From NCBI GenBank assembly GCA_965221775.1, contig CBDCSU010000004.1:800001-864000 (forward strand): a stretch of 64,000 nucleotides of DNA, read 5' to 3'. Below, in pieces: positions 57,523 to 64,000 of the stretch (its first letter is position 1; each line of letters begins with the position of its first letter). The position numbers and the translations under genes are program-made. The stretch comes from Candidatus Latescibacterota bacterium. GTDB taxonomy: Bacteria > Latescibacterota > UBA2968 > UBA8231. Below the pieces are notes generated by a model. The model was given only the letters and a program-made list of their open reading frames with translations, searched no databases and was not told the origin of the DNA.

Positions 57523-58580
57523 ACCTCCTCCCGGCGCAGGCCCTGCGCGATCTCGGCGTCGAGTTGTTCCATGCCTGCGGCGCCCCCGCCGCCGAGGCCG
57601 CCCTCGTGGCCGACCACCTCGTGGAGGCCAGCCTCATGGGCATCGACTCCCACGGCGTCGTGCGCTACGTGATGTACGTGGAGCACTGCCTCGACGGCAC
57701 CATCCGGCCCGGCGCCCCGGCGCGGATGGTGGACGGCCGCGGCCGGGTGGCCGTGGTCGACTGCGGCATGAACTTCGGACAGGTCGGCGCTCACTACATC
57801 ACGAACCTGGTAAGCAAAGACGCCCGCGCCGGGGGCATCGCCTTCGCCGTCAGCCGCCGCTGCCATCACGTGGGCCGCCTCGGCGCCTACCCGCAGAAGC
57901 TGGCCGAGGCCGGCCTCTTCGCGCTGGCCGTGGCCAACAGCCACCGGCACGGCCACTTCGTCGTGCCCTGGGGCGGACGGGAGGGCCGGCTGGCCACCAA
58001 CCCCCTGGCCTGGGCGGCGCCGACGGGAGGCGATCCCCTGTTGCTGGACATGTCGACGAGCATGGTCCCGGAAGGCCGGATCCGCACCGCCCTGCACGCC
58101 GGAGAGCGGCTGCCCGAGGGCCGCATCCTCGACGGAGACGGCCGCCCCACGGTCGACCCCGCCGACTTCTACGGGCCGGGCGAGGGACCGCCCGCCGGCG
58201 CCATCCTGCCCTTCGGCGGCGACCTCGGGTACCGCGGCTTCGGGCTGAGCCTGCTGGTGGAGGTCCTCGGCGCGGCGATCGCGGGAGAGCCGCTGGCCGA
58301 ACCCGACGACGGCCGCTACATCAACGGCTTCGGTATCCTCGCCATCGACCCGGCGGCGCTGGCCGGCTCGGGGGACCGTTTCCAGGAGCTGACCGGCGAG
58401 CTGCGGGACTACGTGCGCAGCTCCGCACCGGCCCCCGGCTTCGAGGAGGTCCTCATGCCGGGAGAGCGGGAGTTCCGCACCTTGAGGGAGCGCCGGCGCG
58501 AGGGCATCCCCCTGCCGGAGGAGAGCTGCCGCCTCATCGCCGGGGTGGCCGAGCGGGTGGGGGTCCGGGTGCCGTGGTGA
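57519..58580 (+). CDS. Ldh_2 family oxidoreductase
   Basis: GIDSHG, HHVG, TNPL, LDMST, RGFGL, PGERE. Confidence 0.92.
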   Translation: MNLLPAQALRDLGVELFHACGAPAAEAALVADHLVEASLMGIDSHGVVRYVMYVEHCLDGTIRPGAPARMVDGRGRVAVVDCGMNFGQVGAHYITNLVSKDARAGGIAFAVSRRCHHVGRLGAYPQKLAEAGLFALAVANSHRHGHFVVPWGGREGRLATNPLAWAAPTGGDPLLLDMSTSMVPEGRIRTALHAGERLPEGRILDGDGRPTVDPADFYGPGEGPPAGAILPFGGDLGYRGFGLSLLVEVLGAAIAGEPLAEPDDGRYINGFGILAIDPAALAGSGDRFQELTGELRDYVRSSAPAPGFEEVLMPGEREFRTLRERRREGIPLPEESCRLIAGVAERVGVRVPW

Positions 58581-58678
58581 ACCCGCCGCCGCCCCGCACT
58601 CGTTTGACAGCCCCGTCGGAGCCGCACAGGTTGGGGCCCTCCATCAGCATGAAATAACCGGTTGCGGAGGCGGGGGAC

Positions 58679-59713
58679 GTGCAGATTTTCGATCGCTATG
58701 CGGATCTGTTGCAGTGGGTGGAAGAGAAGGGGCACTCCCATGAGGTCCTCGGGTACGCGCCGGACGGATCGCCCCTGATCTGCCTGCGCGCCGGCGGCGA
58801 CAAGGAGCCGGCCATCTTCATCAGCGCCGGCAGCCACTCCACCGAGCAGGCCGGCGTGGGCGCCGCCATGGGCCTGCTGGAATCCCTCGACACCGAGCAC
58901 CAGGTCTACATCTTCCCCAGCAGGGACCCCATGGGGATGAACGGCTACGCCTACGTCCTGGGTATGAGCCTGGACGAGGTGCCCGAGCTGAACTCGGCGG
59001 CCGACGTGGCGGATGTCCTGAAGGCCCGCGGCGAGGTGCTCTACGAGGAGGACGATACCGTCCTCGCCATCGTCGGGGAGTACGGCTACTCGACGCGGGG
59101 GCTTCTCGGGAAGTTCGAGGTCGGCGCCGACTTCCTCGAACCCCTCCGCGGCCGGCGCATCTTCTTTCCCTCGGGCGACGAGGGGGAAGGCACCGCCCCC
59201 TGCCAGCGGGCCTACTCCCTGATCGTGACCCCCGAGGGCGAGATCCTGCACATCAACCGGTTCCACGACACCGCCTGGGCCCCGGTGGAATCGCGCTGCA
59301 CGCGCAACCTCATGGCCCGCATCAATCCCGGCCTGACCCTGGACCTGCATGAGTACGGCGGCGACGGCTTCTGGTTCTCCGCCCGCCACCAGCAGACCGA
59401 CGAGGACGAGCGCTGGGAGCAGAAGATGGCCGACACAATGATCCGCGCCGTGGCCGACTCGGGCGTCGAGCTGGCGCCCCACGGCTACATGCCCGGCCCC
59501 TTCTTCGAGGTCCAGGAGCGCGGCGTCGTATGGCTGATCGCCGAGCAGCGGGGAGAGGGCCTGAACCTGGCCGACTACGGGGCCAGCCTCTACGGGCCGT
59601 CCTTCACCATCGAGACGGGGATGAAGATGGCGGGTGGCTACGACGAGCGGGTGAGCACTTCGATGCTGGTCTCGCGGACGGCGGTCTCGGTCTTCGAGGA
59701 GCGGTGGGGTTGA
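58679..59713 (+). CDS. M14-family zinc carboxypeptidase / deacylase-like protein
   Basis: GSHSTE (HxxE), RDPMG, LDLHE, FTIET. Confidence 0.8.
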   Translation: MQIFDRYADLLQWVEEKGHSHEVLGYAPDGSPLICLRAGGDKEPAIFISAGSHSTEQAGVGAAMGLLESLDTEHQVYIFPSRDPMGMNGYAYVLGMSLDEVPELNSAADVADVLKARGEVLYEEDDTVLAIVGEYGYSTRGLLGKFEVGADFLEPLRGRRIFFPSGDEGEGTAPCQRAYSLIVTPEGEILHINRFHDTAWAPVESRCTRNLMARINPGLTLDLHEYGGDGFWFSARHQQTDEDERWEQKMADTMIRAVADSGVELAPHGYMPGPFFEVQERGVVWLIAEQRGEGLNLADYGASLYGPSFTIETGMKMAGGYDERVSTSMLVSRTAVSVFEERWG

Positions 59714-59720
59714 GGGGAGT

Positions 59721-60614
59721 TCAGCTCTCCTTCCTCACCCGGACTCCCAGCACCCGCTCCCACACCTTGATCATCGCTCCCTTGGCCTCGTCGCCGTGGC
59801 CCTCGGCCAGGGCCTGGCGGTAGGTCTGCATCGCCCCCGAGGCCACGGGCATGGGGGCCCGCTGCTGGTTGGCGCGCTCCATGATCGCCACCATGTCCTT
59901 GAAGGCGGCGCCCATGGGGTAGCCTTCGTCGAAGCGCCCCTGCAGGACGCGCTCGGCGAAGTAGTCGAAGCCGAAGCTCTGGCCGGAGCCGGTGGCCACC
60001 ACGCGGCGGAGCTTGTCGGGGTCGAGGCCGAGGCCCGTCGTCAGGGGCAGCATCTCGGCCATGGCCGCCACCGAGATGTTGTAGAGAACGTTGTTGGCCA
60101 TCTTGGTCAGCTGGCCGTGGCCGGGCGCGCCCATGTGGACCACGAGACGGCCGATGCGCTCCAGCAGGGGCTTCACCTTCTCGAAGGCGGTCTCGTCCCC
60201 GCCCACCATCACCGTCAGGGTCCCCGCGGCGGCGCGGTCCTCCAGGCCGGTGACCGGCGCGTCGAGGAACCGGACCCCCTGCCCCGCCAGCCGGTCCTCC
60301 ATGGACCGGGCGGCCTCGGGGCGGCAGGTGCTGCAGTCGACGACGACCGCTCCGGGAGTCAGGGACCCGGCCAGCCCTCCGGGGCCGAAGATGACCTCCT
60401 CCACAACGCTCTCTTCCGGCAAGGAGAGGAGGACCCGGTTGCAGCCCCGCCCGACGGAGGCCACATTCTCCACCGGCCTGACGCCGGGGGCCCTCACCGC
60501 CTCGCAGGCCGCGGCGTCGATGTCGTAGACGAGGATCTCCTCGCCGGCGCCCGCCAGGTTGACGACCATCCTCCGGCCCATGGCACCCAGACCGATGAAG
60601 CCCACCTTGTCCAT
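59721..60614 (-). CDS. Beta-hydroxyacid dehydrogenase (3-hydroxyisobutyrate / tartronate-semialdehyde reductase family)
   Basis: GFIGLGAMG, DAPVTG, MVGG, KMANN, KD. Confidence 0.93.
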   Translation of the reverse strand: MDKVGFIGLGAMGRRMVVNLAGAGEEILVYDIDAAACEAVRAPGVRPVENVASVGRGCNRVLLSLPEESVVEEVIFGPGGLAGSLTPGAVVVDCSTCRPEAARSMEDRLAGQGVRFLDAPVTGLEDRAAAGTLTVMVGGDETAFEKVKPLLERIGRLVVHMGAPGHGQLTKMANNVLYNISVAAMAEMLPLTTGLGLDPDKLRRVVATGSGQSFGFDYFAERVLQGRFDEGYPMGAAFKDMVAIMERANQQRAPMPVASGAMQTYRQALAEGHGDEAKGAMIKVWERVLGVRVRKES

Positions 60615-60647
60615 GTCGAACCCTCCGCCTCAACCGGGGAACCGGGT

Positions 60648-61217
60648 GTGAGCACCAGCCGCCTGCGACAACTCGAGCGCGACGATCTCGACGAGCAGCA
60701 GAAGGCCGTCTGGGACGCCATCGTCGAGGCCCGCGGCAACGTGGCCGGCCCCTTTCGCGTCTGGCTCCACAGCGCCCCCTTCACCGACCGCGCCCAGAAG
60801 CTCGGCGCCCTGGTCCGCTACCAGACCCGCCTCGAGCCCCGCCTCTCGGAGCTGGTCATCCTGGTCACGGCCCGCGCCTGGGACTGCCAGCTCGAGTGGA
60901 CCTTGCACGAGCCGATCGCCCTCGAGGCCGGCCTGGCGCCGGAGCTGCTGGAGGCGGTCCGCCTCGGGCAGTACCCCGAGTTCGAGCGCGAGGACGAGCG
61001 GACGGTCTACGACTACGCCGCCGAGCTGGTCTACAACCGCTTCGTCCAGGAACGCACCTTCGCCACGGCGCGCGACCTGCTCGGCGAGGCCGGCGTCGTC
61101 GAGCTCACCGGCCTCATCGGCTACTACTCGATGGTGGCCATGTCCCTCAACGCCTTCCAGGTGCCGCTGCCCAAGGGCACCAAGCCCACTCTCGTGGACT
61201 GCCCCACCTTCCGTTAG
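60648..61217 (+). CDS. Carboxymuconolactone decarboxylase (CMD/AhpD) family protein
   Basis: GPF..WLHS, ELVIL..AR.W....EW..H, GVVELTGLIGYY. Confidence 0.88.
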   Translation: MSTSRLRQLERDDLDEQQKAVWDAIVEARGNVAGPFRVWLHSAPFTDRAQKLGALVRYQTRLEPRLSELVILVTARAWDCQLEWTLHEPIALEAGLAPELLEAVRLGQYPEFEREDERTVYDYAAELVYNRFVQERTFATARDLLGEAGVVELTGLIGYYSMVAMSLNAFQVPLPKGTKPTLVDCPTFR

Positions 61218-61990
61218 TCGGGCAACCCCGCGGCGATCTCGCCGCAGGTGACCGACCAGCACCCGAACATCTCCAGGTTCAGGATCGTCGACCGCGTCTG
61301 CCCCAGGGCCTCGTGGGTGGCCGCCGACTCCATGCCCGTGGTGCCGTCGCGCACGATCAGCACCGCGTAGCCGCGGCGGTTCATGTCGATGGTGCCGTAG
61401 TCGCGGTGCAGGATGCAGGCGTTGGTGTTGAAGCCGGCGAAGAGCAGGAACATCACCCCCTGCCGCCGGCACCAGAGGTGCAGCTCCTCGCCGGAGGAGA
61501 CCACCGGCTCCCCCTCGGCCGGCTGCAGGTCGGGGTGGATCCGCAGGCCCGCGCGCACCTCATCGCGCTCGGGGTCGCGCGGCTCCCCGGGCGGGCCGTA
61601 GGCGGCGAACTCCCCCTGGCGCTGGCGGAACTCGGGGGGCGGCCAGTCGGCGTCGTCGGGCCAGGTCTTGCGGTCCCAGCCCTCGAGGCAGACCCAGTTC
61701 GGGTGCGACACGGCCTGGGGCGGCGAGGGGGCGTGCACGACCGGCAGACCGGCGGCGCGGCAGCGGTCGACCAGGGGCCGCAGCCGTTGCTGGATGATCT
61801 CGTCGGCGCGGGCGTGGGTGTCCTTCAGGTAGTGGCGGTCCCAGACGTCGACCAGGACGAGGGCCGTCCGCGACAGCGGGATGCGCCAGTCGAGGTGGTC
61901 GTACGTGGTGTTCGACTCCACCCACTCGACGCCGGGGTCGACGTGCCAGCGGTGGTAGCGGGGGCGGACGTGGAGACAGCGGCGGCTCAC
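61214..61990 (-). CDS. Isochorismatase-family cysteine hydrolase
   Basis: TALVLVDVWD, AGFNTNACI, VRDGT. Confidence 0.85.
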   Translation of the reverse strand: MSRRCLHVRPRYHRWHVDPGVEWVESNTTYDHLDWRIPLSRTALVLVDVWDRHYLKDTHARADEIIQQRLRPLVDRCRAAGLPVVHAPSPPQAVSHPNWVCLEGWDRKTWPDDADWPPPEFRQRQGEFAAYGPPGEPRDPERDEVRAGLRIHPDLQPAEGEPVVSSGEELHLWCRRQGVMFLLFAGFNTNACILHRDYGTIDMNRRGYAVLIVRDGTTGMESAATHEALGQTRSTILNLEMFGCWSVTCGEIAAGLPD

Positions 61991-62772
61991 AGGAGCAGCA
62001 GTTCGTTGCGGCAGTCGATGCGCACGGACTTCGAGTAGTGGTGGACCTCCACGCCCTCGGCCACCGGCACCGGGACGCGGACCAGCAGCTCGGCCCAGTC
62101 GAAGCGGTGGAAGGCGATGAAGGCCAGCTCCAGGGAGCCGATGAGGTCTTCGGACTCGACCTCCAGGCCGGGGACCAGGACCGGCCCCGTGTCCGGCTGG
62201 AAGAGCACGTCCCGCTCGTTGGCGTTCACCGTTTTCACCGGGTACTCCAGCTCCACCTCGTAGCGCCCGTTGCTGTAAAGGGTGCGCGCCACGAGCGTGC
62301 GGTTGCCGAGGATCGCCTCCACCGCCTCCGCCGAGCTCTCCAGGGTCCGCGCCTCGACGCGCTCCACGTCGGTGCGGGCGCTCTCGAAGGCCTCTTCCAC
62401 GCGCACCACCTGGCGTTCCGGCTGCATGCCGAGGGACTCGACGTACAGCGGCAGCTGGCGGCCGACGATGTCGTAGGTCTTGAGGCTGAGGAACTCGCCG
62501 TCGTCGGAGAGGACCGGCTTGAAGTCGGCATTCGGCTGCGGCCAGATGCCGTCCTCGGCCCCCACCGCCTCGGTCTTGCAGCTCACGCCGAGAGCGAAGC
62601 GGCGGCTCCGGCCCGAGGCCGTCTCGGTCACCGTGCACAGGCAGTCCAGGGGCACGCGGGCGTTGTTCAGCGCGTACGGCGGCGGCACCGTCACCGTCGC
62701 CGGCGGCAGCTTGTCCCTGTCGGAGCGCCACCACACGTAGGAGCGCGCGAAGTCGACGGCCGAGGCGCTCAC
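61987..62772 (-). CDS. Conserved-looking hypothetical protein
   Basis: Translationally coupled on both sides; motifs SCKTE, EYPVKTVN, FQPDTGP. Confidence 0.75.
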   Translation of the reverse strand: MSASAVDFARSYVWWRSDRDKLPPATVTVPPPYALNNARVPLDCLCTVTETASGRSRRFALGVSCKTEAVGAEDGIWPQPNADFKPVLSDDGEFLSLKTYDIVGRQLPLYVESLGMQPERQVVRVEEAFESARTDVERVEARTLESSAEAVEAILGNRTLVARTLYSNGRYEVELEYPVKTVNANERDVLFQPDTGPVLVPGLEVESEDLIGSLELAFIAFHRFDWAELLVRVPVPVAEGVEVHHYSKSVRIDCRNELLLL

Positions 62773-63551
62773 ACGCAGGTCCAGCCGCCGTCGACCATGA
62801 GGGCCTCGCCGGTGACGTAGGCCGAGGCGTCGGAGGCGAGGAAGACGACGGCGCCCTTGATGTCCTCGTTGTCGAGCATGCGGCCCAGGGGGCAGCGCTT
62901 CTCGTAGGCCTCGACGAAGGGGCCGGGCTGCTCGTCGTAGTAGCCCCCGGGGCAGATGCAGTTGGCGCGCACCCCCTGCTTGCCGAAGTAGTTGGCCAGG
63001 TAGCGGGTGAAGTTGATCATGCCGGCTTTCACGAAGGTGTAGTCCGGCGGCTGCCGCATGGGCGTGTTCTCATACAGGGTCGGGTCGTTGGCCACGACCC
63101 CGTAGATGCTGGAGATGTTGATGATCGAGCCGCGGCGGCGCTCGGCCATGCCCGGCAGGAAGGCCTTGCACAGGGCGAAGAGGCCGGTCATGTTGCCGCG
63201 GGCGCTGAACTCCCAGTAGTCGGGGGTCTGCTCCTCGAAGCCGCCGCCGCGGGCGACGACGGCGGAGTTGACGAGCACGTCGACGCGGTCGAAGCGGTCG
63301 TGGACCTGGGCGCCGAACTCGGCGATGGAAGCGGTGTCGGTGACGTCGAGCTGCAGGGCGTGGGCCGAGTGGCCCTTGGCGCGCAGCTCGTCGGCGAAGG
63401 CCTCGTTGCGCTCCAGGGAGCGGGAGGCCGTGATCACGGTGGCTCCCGCCTCGGCCAAGGCCTCGGAGATGCTGGAGCCGAAGAGCGGCCCGGCGCCGCC
63501 GGTGACCACGGCGATGCGCCCGTCGAGTGAGAAGCGGTCGAGAATCCCCAT
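62769..63551 (-). CDS. SDR family oxidoreductase
   Basis: TGGAG..G, VNSA, NISS.YG, YTFVK (YxxxK), VDGG. Confidence 0.93.
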   Translation of the reverse strand: MGILDRFSLDGRIAVVTGGAGPLFGSSISEALAEAGATVITASRSLERNEAFADELRAKGHSAHALQLDVTDTASIAEFGAQVHDRFDRVDVLVNSAVVARGGGFEEQTPDYWEFSARGNMTGLFALCKAFLPGMAERRRGSIINISSIYGVVANDPTLYENTPMRQPPDYTFVKAGMINFTRYLANYFGKQGVRANCICPGGYYDEQPGPFVEAYEKRCPLGRMLDNEDIKGAVVFLASDASAYVTGEALMVDGGWTCV

Positions 63552-64000
63552 CAGTGCTGGTCCCTCCTCGGCAGGATCGGTTGCGCCCGCAATTCGCGGA
63601 TCAGGTCGACGAGACCGCTCACGGCGGCCTCCAGCCAGGCCTCGCCCTTCTCGGGGGTGGCCTTTGTCGCATCACCGAGGACGCCGCTGGCGGTCTGCGA
63701 ACTCCAGTAGGGTATCAGCCGCGCCCCGGAGCCCTCCGGGTGGGTGCCGGCCAGCAGGTCGGAGCGGAAGCTCTTCGACAGGGGCGAGCGCTCGTCCACG
63801 GCCTTGTCCATCTCCACCAGCTCCGGCTTCAGCGCCAGGTAGAGGGCGGTCTCGTACTCGCCGCCGTGGGAGGTGCCGCCGTGGTCGGAGTCGCGCAGCT
63901 CGGCGCCGGCGGTCTTGGACTTGCGCAGGTCCCAGTGGCTGACGCTGGCGCAGTAGACCCGCCCCTCGTACTCCATCACCGTGAGCCGCGCCGCCAGGTC
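63551..64000 (-). CDS. Creatininase-family amidohydrolase (partial, begins beyond the window)
   Basis: HGGEYET, SGVLGDA..AT.EKG motifs. Confidence 0.88.
   Translation of the reverse strand, partial: DLAARLTVMEYEGRVYCASVSHWDLRKSKTAGAELRDSDHGGTSHGGEYETALYLALKPELVEMDKAVDERSPLSKSFRSDLLAGTHPEGSGARLIPYWSSQTASGVLGDATKATPEKGEAWLEAAVSGLVDLIRELRAQPILPRRDQH

Noticed and set aside
63551-64000. Mycofactocin MftE
   Set aside because: No mft precursor or radical SAM gene visible; only generic creatininase motifs

Overview
High-GC bacterial window with about 58 genes. The gene content (FlgD-Ig secreted proteins, C-terminal WG-x-[IL]-K proteins, YWTD/WD40 eukaryote-like proteins, many Gfo/Idh/MocA, enolase-superfamily, PhyH and amidohydrolase genes) resembles Latescibacterota or Poribacteria-type organisms, often sponge-associated; this is inference. 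Most of the window is accessory catabolism: nucleoside hydrolase, GH116, two enolase-superfamily acid-sugar dehydratases, HpcH aldolase, MlrC, M14, ThDP and PLP enzymes. It also holds a MacAB-like exporter with two adaptors and a HAMP kinase / sigma54 regulator pair. Lower-GC defence or selfish insertions are interspersed: McrBC, an AlbA/wHTH pseudogene with a 21-bp repeat, HicBA, an AAA-DUF4143 gene, an ABC-ATPase + DUF4276 pair and an IS1380-like scar. The most notable leads are (1) tandem secreted paralogs ending in a WG-x-[IL]-K putative sorting signal, (2) a complete sigma54 promoter/enhancer architecture in front of an orphan 61-aa ORF, (3) a CHAD-lactonase fusion coupled to the sigma54 two-component system, (4) the ABC-ATPase/TOPRIM-like candidate defence pair and (5) a variant GalrD-II dehydratase cluster. 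No rRNA, tRNA or CRISPR array was recognised. All family calls come from reading motifs by eye; no database search was run.
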